NCBI GenBank assembly: GCA_000002435.2
Contig: CM018792.1
Length of the DNA stretch: 64,000 nucleotides
Strand: one strand, 5' to 3'
From: Giardia intestinalis
Lineage: Eukaryota
Positions 9,270-19,287 of this stretch are shown piece by piece. Each line of letters starts with the position of its first letter. Positions within the stretch are counted from its first letter, which is position 1. A program made the translations under genes and the position numbers. The notes under the pieces were generated by a model. The model did not search any database. It worked only from the letters and a program-made list of their open reading frames with translations, and had not been told where the DNA came from.

Positions 9270-11441
9270 TTATTTTATATCCATCGCAGAAACCCTCGCC
9301 GCGACCTTTAGTGCACGCAGAAGATCGTCCTTAGATTCTGCTAACGGTATCTGTAATGTATTGGTACAGGTATGGCCCATGGGAAGTCTATCTTTTGAGC
9401 AGGGCCGCAATGTGAAGGGAAGTGGATGCTGACCCAGGAATAAGGGCTGACCAAGATTACAAAAGCCCTCTTGTGGGGGAACGCTTATCCCACAAGAAAA
9501 GCGAAGGATACCAACAGCAAGTTCAGGATTTTCCCTAAGGAGTTCCCAAAACCATTCAACTACTTCTGGATTCGACCAGCATCCATCTACTACAGAGTGC
9601 TCCCGCCAGTCGTCGATAGAAATAGAGGGTGCACCCACAACGATCGCATGTACAAGAGAAACATCAATGAAGTAACACCCAGGTGCAGGAATAGCCGTTC
9701 GAAAGCCACTCCGAAGATAGTGCAGTGCTTTAGAACTGCGGGGATATAGATACGAAACAATGACCTTCTCCAAGTTGATTCTTCTGAAGCATAGGCGCTT
9801 CTTTTTATTGTTAAAGTTTGCGCAGAACTTAAACGACTTGTACCAGCAAGACGTGTTAGAGAGTGCTGGAATAGATTCTTTCAGGATTGCAAGCGAATGA
9901 TCGTCTTTTTCAGCCTCCGCAATAAGGTTCCCCAGCCCCGGTTCAAAGTGTATAATGTCTGCGAGGGTCGGCGAAACATTCATAGCTAAGCTTATAAACA
10001 ATCTACTAAGCTGTGAAGACAGAGATATGCCATAGCATAGGCAGCGGCCAATGAGCCAGCCCATGCAGAAGGCGTCCAAGGGGAGAACGGTAGGGGACAT
10101 AGTAAGCTCATTTGACGATTCCGACACAATCATATTCGGTGCCAATCCGTCGTGTGATAGGGCAGAAAATAATATGTCCCCAACCATAGTAAATAGCTCC
10201 CTTTTTAATCCGCCTATATCGATTGCCTCCTCGCCTGCGAAGGATACTAGGATTTCCCTTCGTATCAGTTCCCTTCCTTCAACAGCAAAAATTCTTCGGA
10301 AGTCATTGTAAAAAGACGTGCGGGATACGATCATTCTATACGGTGGGGATTGTATGTAAATGGAATCTGTCCAATACCGCATGAGACGTAGCCTAGTAAG
10401 AGCTTGAATACTAGGGCGCTCAGATGAGTTGAATGCCCTCAGGAACAGGTTCTCCGTCGGTGAGTGGGAAAGGATGGAGGAAGCAGATGCAATACTAAGT
10501 ATCTTGGAGAGAGAAAGAGGTTCTATAGTGTATGTTTCAGAGGAAAAATGGGCCGAAGCTGTTATCTCCTTAACGCCAATGACCATCTTCAGCCTACAGA
10601 GGCACGTAAGAGTCTTCTCCCGTAGTCCTTCACCATACAACTCCACGCTTTCATCATCAGTACGGCTGAATGATAAAGCATATTTGAGAGAGTTGACAGT
10701 AGTTTGAGCAAAGTATGGCAAATTTGTGACACGTGAAAATAGAGCACAAAGTCTGAAACCATACACCTTTTGACGAATCATCTCCTGAGTTGTCCAGAGA
10801 GCAACTGTAGAGTCACTAAGCGGATAGACTCGAGGGGCAGGTAGATATCGATAGGCAATAATCTCTGTTTTCCCTTCAAGAGATATTCCATTCAGCTGCT
10901 CAGTCAATCGCTGAGTGAAGTGACGATACCAACGCAATAGAATGAAGAGAGAAAGGGCATGTGATAGAGCAAATAGAACGTATGGAATCAATATTCCCAA
11001 GATAAGCACAACAGTGTGATACACTCGTGCATAGAAAGGTATAATGAAGAGGAACACAAGACACAGAAAACAAGATACGGAATAGGAAACAATTGCCACC
11101 AACCATCTGTGTGGCTTCCAAGAAATCCCGAAAAGCGAGGGAAGAGTCGTCAAAGTAACAACAATATAAGATACGCCTATCCCATACTTGCCGCTAATTA
11201 TGCAAAAGAGCCAAGAGATCAGGAGCAGAACGGAAGCAATGGGAGAGCATATGCACAGGAAAAGGATGGGTTTCTGATGTATGAGCAGGGATGCCATGCT
11301 TACAGTGATGACAGCGATCACTGGGAACAGCGGCATGGCTATAGTTGTTGCGACCTCCCTTGGTCCCAGAGGGATGCCATCATGCATTTGATCATTTTTG
11401 GTAAAAGAAAGAAGTGCATTTACATTCAAACCAAGAAGCAT
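9270..11441 (-). CDS. HECT-domain E3 ubiquitin ligase with N-terminal multi-pass transmembrane region
   Basis: The C-terminus carries HECT motifs (GGLKRELFTMV ... LPMGHTCTNTLQIPLAESKDDLLRALKVA), with the catalytic Cys in a GHTC context. The N-terminal ~220 aa form about 6-7 hydrophobic helices. The track start is a TTG. The first ATG is at 11439-11441, 1 nt from the upstream gene's stop. Confidence 0.75.
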   Translation of the reverse strand: MLLGLNVNALLSFTKNDQMHDGIPLGPREVATTIAMPLFPVIAVITVSMASLLIHQKPILFLCICSPIASVLLLISWLFCIISGKYGIGVSYIVVTLTTLPSLFGISWKPHRWLVAIVSYSVSCFLCLVFLFIIPFYARVYHTVVLILGILIPYVLFALSHALSLFILLRWYRHFTQRLTEQLNGISLEGKTEIIAYRYLPAPRVYPLSDSTVALWTTQEMIRQKVYGFRLCALFSRVTNLPYFAQTTVNSLKYALSFSRTDDESVELYGEGLREKTLTCLCRLKMVIGVKEITASAHFSSETYTIEPLSLSKILSIASASSILSHSPTENLFLRAFNSSERPSIQALTRLRLMRYWTDSIYIQSPPYRMIVSRTSFYNDFRRIFAVEGRELIRREILVSFAGEEAIDIGGLKRELFTMVGDILFSALSHDGLAPNMIVSESSNELTMSPTVLPLDAFCMGWLIGRCLCYGISLSSQLSRLFISLAMNVSPTLADIIHFEPGLGNLIAEAEKDDHSLAILKESIPALSNTSCWYKSFKFCANFNNKKKRLCFRRINLEKVIVSYLYPRSSKALHYLRSGFRTAIPAPGCYFIDVSLVHAIVVGAPSISIDDWREHSVVDGCWSNPEVVEWFWELLRENPELAVGILRFSCGISVPPQEGFCNLGQPLFLGQHPLPFTLRPCSKDRLPMGHTCTNTLQIPLAESKDDLLRALKVAARVSAMDIK

Positions 11442-11442
11442 A

Positions 11443-13968
11443 TCAGAGTGTCCCCAGCGACATGATATCGACAACTGTGCTGTTGTCAACCAGCTTTCCA
11501 CATTGGTGGGCAAAATTTGATAAAATAGTAGCGGGTTCGCGTATGTCCTGTTGCCCAACTAGTCGGACCTCCCGCAGGAGTTGATAACTGTACTGTAAGA
11601 CGAGGTTGAGGTGATCCTTAATTATCTGTGGAAGTACGCTCACACTGGTGTGCAGTATTCCAGAGTGGCTGAACGCAGCCACTGCCTGCTCCATGTTCTT
11701 GTACCCTAGCAACTGCACCTTACTGTCTAGCAGATAAGAAGCAAAGGAAAGGATCTGGTGGAGCTCGTTCAACGGCAACTTTCCTTGTAGACCTTCAGAT
11801 AGGGTCTGAACCTTCTTGTATTCTTCTTGTGATATCGAGATGCTTGGTGAAAGACTCTCAAGCATGTACTTTGCATGCGAGTAAGCTGCAAGCTCGTAAA
11901 ATTCCCCTCCATAGTATAGCTGAGTAGTAGTAAGGCGAGATTCTTTGTGATACTCGACGGTAAGGGCACCAATCAGATAAAACAGCGGAAGCATGTCTTT
12001 AGCCGAACTACTCTCAAGCCACTTATGGACAAATTTGCAGGATGGAAGCGTTTCGTGGATAAGCAATCCAAGCATGATGACCTGATCCGCATCAGTTAGC
12101 AACCGTGCAATCGAAAGGTGAGATTCGGTGATGGTTGTTTCACCTGACAGGTCCAGATAGTATCGGAGGGTGGAAAGGAGCAACGCGACAGCGCTGACAC
12201 GACCATCTGGTGAGATAAGGTTCTTCACTGAGGTGGCGTCTATGAGAGCAGCAATGTTCTCTACATAAAACTGTGTGTGTCGTAGACGGCCCTGCGCATC
12301 AACGTTGTAGTATGTAGAAAGGTCAACATAAACATCTTTGAAAAGAGAGGGACACCGAGTCTCTAAAATGCGCAAACAGACAAATGCAGTGAAGGGCTCT
12401 ATCTGTGTTTGATGAGCACGCAACAAGAGGCCAAGGTAGGATGGGATGTCCATGAGCAAGAGGCTGCTGTATGCCGTCTCGCCGACCACAAGCTTACTGA
12501 CTTGATTCTTCGACATGAGCAAGTGGTTTCTAGAAGCGGCTGCTGTAGAAATCATTGTTGAGATAATGGTCTCTTTTTCGAGGGGATCGGTGGTAAGGAT
12601 ACGAGAGATGACCCGACCGAAAAGTTCCGTAAGCAGCGGCTTGTTATCTTGAGAGTCTCCCAAAATATCGAACAAGAACAGCTTGTATGTCTCCTCTACG
12701 CCTTCGTAATCAGGGTTGTTAGTGATTTCAGCTACTACACGCTCGTACTCATGCATAAGGCTAGAGACATTAGCCCTCAAGTAAAAGTGAATATCGTTGT
12801 CCAAAGGGACTGACTCGGCGACTGTTAGTTCCATCGCCTTTGCAAACCGCACAAGACACTCCTTAAGAGACGGGAACATGGCGAAGTCATCGGCCTTGGC
12901 GTTAATCAAGTAAGCAAGATCTCTATAGAACCCAGCCATGAACAGCGATAGGCATATACTATAGATAGTCACAACTGGGGTATCCAGTATGCCTGCCAGT
13001 GTGGTTGAGCCCTTGGTGGCAAAGGTCGAAGCTGCATTCAGCTTAGTTAATGAACTGGCTCCGGGCCCTTTTAGCTGCGTCAAGAAGCGTGCTATGTACT
13101 GAATGTTTGGATGCTCACGCCACTCTAAGTACGATGCCCCTGTGCCAGCAATGGTAGCTTGAATCATATGTCTGTACTTCTCATTCAGATAACATAAACT
13201 GGGTATATAGCGCCCCGCGGGCGTGAGCAGCTTATGCCATTTCTGCGTACATAAAAACATGATGAATCCAAGCGAGTCAAGGAAGTTTAGAGACAGGGCC
13301 TGGCCGTGCGAAGACCATTCAGAAAGAGAGTCAATAAGGCTGCTGATAAGCCCAACCCCTGTGTCTTGATTGAGGCTGGAATAAGTGCCAGAAAAATACG
13401 CCACAGAGTCACGGATAATTTTTAAAACAACGCCGGTTTGGTACTTAATATCGCTATTCATGGTAGTGGGAACACGGCTGTGCCTTTGGCCAGAAGGACC
13501 CAAGTGGTGGGTATTGAGGACTTCAGTAAACGACTTTGTCGTGACACTGGCTGTGAACCCTAGTGCTTGATCTATTTCGGCGCGCCTATTCATCCACGCA
13601 TCATAGCTGACTTCTGAAGACTGCCTGTGAATAGACTTTAGTGTCATAGAGGACGCTTCCTCGATAATGCTATTCTCTATTACGTTTGTCTGCTCCAATT
13701 GAAGGTCCTTGAGAAGACGCATTGCCTTTGGACAGATAGTTGAAAGCCCAGCGGCGCCAGCAGGACCCGCCTCGGTAATAGAGTGGTTCCTGCTTTGATT
13801 GTGTGGCTCGGTCCCTCTTCGATAGAGGGACAAGCGCTTTAAGATCTCTCGCGAAGACTCACTATTGTAGTCTACACGTGGTTGCTTTGTGGAAAGAAAT
13901 TGATGCTTTGGAGCCGGAATAGTCGCTATTGTGGCATGGAAGCTACTCAGCAGCTCAGAGTTTAGCAT
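11443..13968 (-). CDS. hypothetical protein
   Basis: About 841 aa from the first ATG (13966-13968); the track start at 13989 is a TTG. Long uninterrupted ORF with no recognised motif. Confidence 0.5.
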   Translation of the reverse strand: MLNSELLSSFHATIATIPAPKHQFLSTKQPRVDYNSESSREILKRLSLYRRGTEPHNQSRNHSITEAGPAGAAGLSTICPKAMRLLKDLQLEQTNVIENSIIEEASSMTLKSIHRQSSEVSYDAWMNRRAEIDQALGFTASVTTKSFTEVLNTHHLGPSGQRHSRVPTTMNSDIKYQTGVVLKIIRDSVAYFSGTYSSLNQDTGVGLISSLIDSLSEWSSHGQALSLNFLDSLGFIMFLCTQKWHKLLTPAGRYIPSLCYLNEKYRHMIQATIAGTGASYLEWREHPNIQYIARFLTQLKGPGASSLTKLNAASTFATKGSTTLAGILDTPVVTIYSICLSLFMAGFYRDLAYLINAKADDFAMFPSLKECLVRFAKAMELTVAESVPLDNDIHFYLRANVSSLMHEYERVVAEITNNPDYEGVEETYKLFLFDILGDSQDNKPLLTELFGRVISRILTTDPLEKETIISTMISTAAASRNHLLMSKNQVSKLVVGETAYSSLLLMDIPSYLGLLLRAHQTQIEPFTAFVCLRILETRCPSLFKDVYVDLSTYYNVDAQGRLRHTQFYVENIAALIDATSVKNLISPDGRVSAVALLLSTLRYYLDLSGETTITESHLSIARLLTDADQVIMLGLLIHETLPSCKFVHKWLESSSAKDMLPLFYLIGALTVEYHKESRLTTTQLYYGGEFYELAAYSHAKYMLESLSPSISISQEEYKKVQTLSEGLQGKLPLNELHQILSFASYLLDSKVQLLGYKNMEQAVAAFSHSGILHTSVSVLPQIIKDHLNLVLQYSYQLLREVRLVGQQDIREPATILSNFAHQCGKLVDNSTVVDIMSLGTL

Positions 13969-13996
13969 TAATGGCCAGAGGGCAACCAAGAGAAAA

Positions 13997-15055
13997 CTAA
14001 ATTTTTACCCTCTTCACCTTCATTTTTGCTAACTGTATTTCTGGATGTAGCCTCCTGATATGGTTGGTTAGAAAAGTAGCTGCAGAAAGTTCTTTGTGAC
14101 AAACGGGGCACTCGAATTTGGGACGTTGATCCTTCTCTGCAGAATTGCTTTGAGAGGACTTGGCTATCATGTTCTCCTTCCGAGCAAGCTGCTTAGCCTT
14201 TATCTTGGCGTATGTAATATTTGATGGGGCAGCTATTGTGGTATCTTTAATCATCAAGTTCTGATAAACCTCTGGATAGCAGGCCTTGACGTGCCGATTG
14301 AACCGTCCCAATGTATCAAATTGTCGGCCACAGCAAGGAGCAATGCGGTATATTTGAAACATGTCTATATGTCTGATCTTGGCCTTGCTAATGCCTAGGA
14401 TGGAGTAGAACGTGTCTATCTCCGCAGCCACTAGAGAACTACTGCGCGGAGAGAATAGCTTGTGCAGAACAACCTTCGACGGTTTGTTCATTGTGATCAT
14501 GTCACAAGGCTCACAGAGCTTAGGGATTAGGGCGGGGTCAAGCTTGTAGCTGCCAGTGAGTCCTCGTTTTGCCATAATGTCAGCTATGTTATCAGCGGAG
14601 TGTTCCGCATGCAGCCCCTCTAAGAGATTGAACTTGCGAAGAAGCTCAGGGACTTGATTCCTATGCAGACTGTTAGCATGACTGTGCAGATAGAGAGTGC
14701 ACGGCGGTAGGTTAACCGATTGTGTTGACAAGCACATGGGACAACGGGCCTTGGTGTGAAGGCGTTCGTGAGCCGCCGCCTTAGTTGTAGAAGCAAACAG
14801 CTCAGGGCAAAAGGAACATCGAATAGGGTCTCCTGCCTGTGGGTGCGTGTGTGCGAGGTGCGCTCTAAGTTGTCTCTCGTTGGAATAAGCCATTTCGCAG
14901 TGGCCGCACTCAAACATCAGTGCTCCCGCGTGGATGTTGAGATGGATCTCCAGTTTCATTGGATCATCGACTTCTAGGCCACAAATATAGCATGAGAAGC
15001 CATAGCTTGCCATATGTTGACCGGTCACTTTTTGTGCACAGGATAGGTTGATCAT
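13997..15055 (-). CDS. C2H2 zinc-finger protein
   Basis: Several C-x2-C ... H-x3-5-H fingers, for example FECGHCEMAYSNERQLRAHLAHTH, CSFCPELFASTTKAAAHERLH and FECPVCHKELSAATFLTNHIRRLH. ATG at 15053-15055. Confidence 0.65.
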   Translation of the reverse strand: MINLSCAQKVTGQHMASYGFSCYICGLEVDDPMKLEIHLNIHAGALMFECGHCEMAYSNERQLRAHLAHTHPQAGDPIRCSFCPELFASTTKAAAHERLHTKARCPMCLSTQSVNLPPCTLYLHSHANSLHRNQVPELLRKFNLLEGLHAEHSADNIADIMAKRGLTGSYKLDPALIPKLCEPCDMITMNKPSKVVLHKLFSPRSSSLVAAEIDTFYSILGISKAKIRHIDMFQIYRIAPCCGRQFDTLGRFNRHVKACYPEVYQNLMIKDTTIAAPSNITYAKIKAKQLARKENMIAKSSQSNSAEKDQRPKFECPVCHKELSAATFLTNHIRRLHPEIQLAKMKVKRVKI

Positions 15056-15085
15056 GCTTCTGGCACATGTGCATGCATAGAACTT

Positions 15086-15400
15086 CTAATGACCCTTTCC
15101 TTTTTGTGCATTCTTGAGTAGTATCGCAATACGGTGAACGGCCTCCTCATTGTGGACACGTTTAGCATGTGCCAAGGCATCATCTCCATTGACATCCCGA
15201 CAAGCCACCTCCCCAGCGAAAAGGTAGATACGCTTGTACCACCCATTCCTTACGTAGTGCATGAGCGCCGTTTGGCCTAATGTGTCTTGCTGGCCGACAA
15301 GATGGCGCAGCTGCTCTAGTTCCCAGTCATTTCCCGTTGCAGCGAAGCCAATCCAGGCATCTATGTCACTAGATAACGAGCTCTTATCGGTGTTGCTCAT
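15086..15400 (-). CDS. small ankyrin-repeat protein
   Basis: GQTALMHYVRNGWYKRIY...VNGDDALAHAKRVHNEEAVHRIAILL is an ankyrin repeat. ATG at 15398-15400. Confidence 0.55.
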   Translation of the reverse strand: MSNTDKSSLSSDIDAWIGFAATGNDWELEQLRHLVGQQDTLGQTALMHYVRNGWYKRIYLFAGEVACRDVNGDDALAHAKRVHNEEAVHRIAILLKNAQKGKGH

Positions 15401-15464
15401 TGTTAAACCATAAATTTTAACCTCAGCGGTACTCTAGCCTCGATCAGCACTCAGCCTTACATAC

Positions 15465-18400
15465 ATGCACAGTTGCAATCTTCTTTCTTTTCTGTTTATA
15501 ATTGGCTCCATTTTCATGCAGTCCGAAGAACAGCATAAGGAGGTTATCGGTAGGGTGTTGGGACTTTTCTCTGAGTTGACTGCAATGCAAGATTTCTCTG
15601 AGACATATATGCAGGACTTCTACAAGGACCAGAACAATAGCTGGATACCCGAGTTTAACGACAACATGTTCCATGAAATATATAGCTATATCTTAGATAA
15701 AATGAATATGATGCAAGAAATCCAGCAACTACTTACCAACCCCTTAAAGAATATCGTCGCAGAGAGCGTCGTTGAGCCCTTTGTCCCTCCTATTTTTGAG
15801 AATCATCGGTCTTTGACCAGCAACAAGCATCGCACCTATGCCTACTCCTACCCTACCAGTGTTGATATCTCCCGGAGCTGTATACTGTACCCTCCCCCTA
15901 CTCTCTGGAAAGGACAGTCTTTGTACCTAAATATCATGCGTCCCTTCAAGCAGCTGATCTCCAACGACATATCTTCCTTTCTAAGTGTGGGGGAGCAGGC
16001 CTTCATCATCGGGGCAGAAGGCGACGTGCGTATTTACCCCTGCCAATCACACACATATAGAAATGATGGTCGTTATACAACGCTATTTAGAAGCATCTAC
16101 ACCCTGAACACCTCCAAGTATTTAGATGTGCTGATAGATTCTAGCATCTTAGCCGGTAAAAGGCGGCGCCTTGTCAGCCGTCTCATAGCTGCCACTATTA
16201 TTAATAGTTTCCGCGAAGGTACGAAGATACGAATCTTTACTATCAGTGATAAACTCACTAAGATTTACGAGGGGTCGAATACACTATTAAATATTTCGCT
16301 ACTCTGTGACTACGACCATGTCGACGGATACTATGTAAAGCACTCCATCCTACTAGCGTATCTGTCGGAGCTCACATCTCAAACAGAGTTAGTGACAGTA
16401 ATCATCTCTGGCGTCTATAGCCGCTCCCGTAGATTTCTTAGGTTTACTGTCCCTCCAAACTTGGACATCTGTCTCATTCAGACCCAATCTAATTTAGAAA
16501 TAGACTGGCTTTACAATGCAGAGACCATGCAATTTCTTGCCAGGTACAACTTTTCTACTAACGGCTATAGCGCGCCCTCAAATATCTCTCAAGAAATAGC
16601 TCTAACCTGTAAGTTTTTGCTTGATCTTTCTAAAGGCCAAGGTTACACTTATAGCGACAGAATTAATGAAGAACTTAAACGCATCTCTTATCAATCAACA
16701 GAGTGGTTGAAGGTGTTCTACAACCAGACTTCCTTCACCGTGCTCAACTTCACACGCATTACGCACGAGTGCATCACCTCCAACAAGTGCGAGTATCGAA
16801 CAGCCCTAGAACCTGTCCTCGCACGCTACCGTGCTACCCACACTGTACTGACGCCGCCTACATCAATTTCTAGTGCCCATAATTATCAATTTATGCCGTT
16901 CATTGTCACCCCGCTAATGTTCGGCGGAGACTTTATTGGCATTGTAGCGTGTTCTCTCAATATGGATGCTCTCATCTCTCTCTCTAAGCTGAGTCTGTTT
17001 TATTACCTCTATGGCTCCATCAATCTCATCAACTTTGCTTCCCAATCTATCATTTACACCAGTGACTACGGTGATTGGGGCCTGCTAAGAAACTACACAG
17101 ATATCTACAGCTCCAAAACGCTCATCAATCCTAAGTTTTCCAAGACAAGTCAGGTGTCCCAGCTATTCAGCGTCTTCTTGCAAGCTCAGCAATATGCATC
17201 GGTGGATCTCAAATTAGAATCGGCATTTGTCTCAGGCATAAGTCTAGACTCGTTCCTCTCTAGTCCTGCAGAGAAATCAACAGCGTCTAGGTGCTACTCT
17301 AGTGTTCTTTATGATTCAGATTTGTATACAGATCCCAAGATCATTTACGATCGATCATCCAAATTAGTAGTTGAGGACCAAGGCAGGTACGAGTCTATCG
17401 AGCAGAAGAGTTCTGTAAGCAGTTACAATTATGTCTACTTTGTTTGTCACCTCTTCAGTCCACTCTCGCATAATATAGATAGCACCATTTCCTTATTCTT
17501 CATTACATCCACCGTTAACTTTCTGCCCAATACTTTGAAAAGAAATGTGCAAGTCCAGGATCTAAATATATCTACTATGAATGATCTCCTGAAGAAGATT
17601 GCGTTGAGTTCGGAGCAGGAACAGAAGTTCACAAACGGCTTATCATTTGAGCTATCTACCGACTTGATTGAAGTGTTTATTAACGGAACCCCGCTCTATG
17701 CGCATAACTTCCTTGCAACATATAGGAATACTTCCAGAATAATCAGCGCCTTAAAGAATATCATCCTAAAGCCAGACGTTACAACGCAAATTCTTACAGA
17801 AGGCATTGAGCTTAGCGTTAAAGAGTATGTCTATAGCTACATGCGGTTAACGCTCCTGTACCTCAAAAGCATCTTTTCTCAGTATGTCAGCAGCAATGCC
17901 TTCCAAACAACTTATAGCAACATACCAGAGAAGATATGCTCATCATACTTTTGGTTTGGCAGACTTTGCGTCTCCTTGGGTACGGATTCAAGCGCATTTG
18001 TCCGCACGCCTTTGATGATCTCTAAGTTACAGAAGGCCGCGATAACAAAGGGCCCCATAAGCTTCTACACAGGCAACCCAGCTCTCTACTCTGTAGAGAC
18101 ATGTTTCATCACAGTGTATCCAGATGCGTCCATTGAACGGGGTATCACTATCGGGCGAGGTCCTTACTTTGATTTCGGTAAGATTAAATACACACCTACC
18201 TTACTCTCGTATCTGAACAGGACTATCAGGACCGCAATACAGGCAAACGGTGGCCAATCAAGATGCGTTTTTGATTGTGTTGCTGAAAAGGAACTCCAGA
18301 GCTTTAATCCGGCAGACTTTAACGCAGACAGCATGGTGCTAAACGCGTGTGTTGGAAGTGACCTCATCTTGAGACTGGACAAGTATGGTACCATTGGTTC

Positions 18401-19283
18401 TCCGGGGTTTGCTTATGAAACAGTGTACTTAACAGATCAGAATACCGTGTACGATTCATTTATAATATATTTAAAACATTCTCACCCATTCACAGGCCAC
18501 TTGCACATAATGAGCACCTTGCATATTAACTCTCTTAAGTTTTATAATACAATGAACAAAGGTCTTGCAGCAGAGAATCAATGCAACTATCCTAATTGTA
18601 GTATTGTTCTTTTGAATGATAACTTATACGCAGTGTACAATAAAGAAATAACTAGTGTACCTAAGTCAAAATTGTATAGCCACACACGCAGTGCAGAGGT
18701 TGCAAACGTATTCTGTAGGAACGGTGTATATGACTTGTCGTTTAACGGAGTTGCATTCAACAGTGGAGTGGGGTATATAACACCATTACTATGCTCTGGC
18801 AACATCTGTGTGCAGTACGCCATGACCCCCGACATACTGACCTATGCTATCAATCTGTCAGTTCTCGGATTGAACAAGATTGATCGCGTCTTGGGAATAA
18901 GCAAGACGGGCCTTTACTTATACTATTCCAGTAACGACAAGACATCAGTTATTAAGCGCTACGGTCAAACGCTGTGCCTGAAGTCCTACACAGTCCTTGA
19001 GGATACTCTTGCATCACTCCTATCCAGTGCCCACGAGTTTAAGTACAGTAATAAAAACATCACCATCACAGGGTACAGAATAAGCGACACAATCTCTGGC
19101 AGCATGGAGCACATCCCATACTCTCTCTACATTTCATACTCGTCCGTTAAAAGTATCGCATTTACTGCCATTATGACACTGATTGGGCTCATACTTGCAC
19201 TGCTAAGCACTCAAACGATGATGAGAATATCTGTAGACGGCATTCGTCTACACATGTACTTAAATAGCCTTATAGAGCAATAG
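15465..19283 (+). CDS. large type I membrane protein (signal peptide + C-terminal TM), hypothetical
   Basis: 1272-aa ORF. The hydrophobic N-terminus is MHSCNLLSFLFIIGSIF. It has many N-x-S/T sites and a single C-terminal TM segment (IAFTAIMTLIGLILALL) followed by a short tail. Confidence 0.55.
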   Translation: MHSCNLLSFLFIIGSIFMQSEEQHKEVIGRVLGLFSELTAMQDFSETYMQDFYKDQNNSWIPEFNDNMFHEIYSYILDKMNMMQEIQQLLTNPLKNIVAESVVEPFVPPIFENHRSLTSNKHRTYAYSYPTSVDISRSCILYPPPTLWKGQSLYLNIMRPFKQLISNDISSFLSVGEQAFIIGAEGDVRIYPCQSHTYRNDGRYTTLFRSIYTLNTSKYLDVLIDSSILAGKRRRLVSRLIAATIINSFREGTKIRIFTISDKLTKIYEGSNTLLNISLLCDYDHVDGYYVKHSILLAYLSELTSQTELVTVIISGVYSRSRRFLRFTVPPNLDICLIQTQSNLEIDWLYNAETMQFLARYNFSTNGYSAPSNISQEIALTCKFLLDLSKGQGYTYSDRINEELKRISYQSTEWLKVFYNQTSFTVLNFTRITHECITSNKCEYRTALEPVLARYRATHTVLTPPTSISSAHNYQFMPFIVTPLMFGGDFIGIVACSLNMDALISLSKLSLFYYLYGSINLINFASQSIIYTSDYGDWGLLRNYTDIYSSKTLINPKFSKTSQVSQLFSVFLQAQQYASVDLKLESAFVSGISLDSFLSSPAEKSTASRCYSSVLYDSDLYTDPKIIYDRSSKLVVEDQGRYESIEQKSSVSSYNYVYFVCHLFSPLSHNIDSTISLFFITSTVNFLPNTLKRNVQVQDLNISTMNDLLKKIALSSEQEQKFTNGLSFELSTDLIEVFINGTPLYAHNFLATYRNTSRIISALKNIILKPDVTTQILTEGIELSVKEYVYSYMRLTLLYLKSIFSQYVSSNAFQTTYSNIPEKICSSYFWFGRLCVSLGTDSSAFVRTPLMISKLQKAAITKGPISFYTGNPALYSVETCFITVYPDASIERGITIGRGPYFDFGKIKYTPTLLSYLNRTIRTAIQANGGQSRCVFDCVAEKELQSFNPADFNADSMVLNACVGSDLILRLDKYGTIGSPGFAYETVYLTDQNTVYDSFIIYLKHSHPFTGHLHIMSTLHINSLKFYNTMNKGLAAENQCNYPNCSIVLLNDNLYAVYNKEITSVPKSKLYSHTRSAEVANVFCRNGVYDLSFNGVAFNSGVGYITPLLCSGNICVQYAMTPDILTYAINLSVLGLNKIDRVLGISKTGLYLYYSSNDKTSVIKRYGQTLCLKSYTVLEDTLASLLSSAHEFKYSNKNITITGYRISDTISGSMEHIPYSLYISYSSVKSIAFTAIMTLIGLILALLSTQTMMRISVDGIRLHMYLNSLIEQ

Positions 19284-19287
19284 TACT

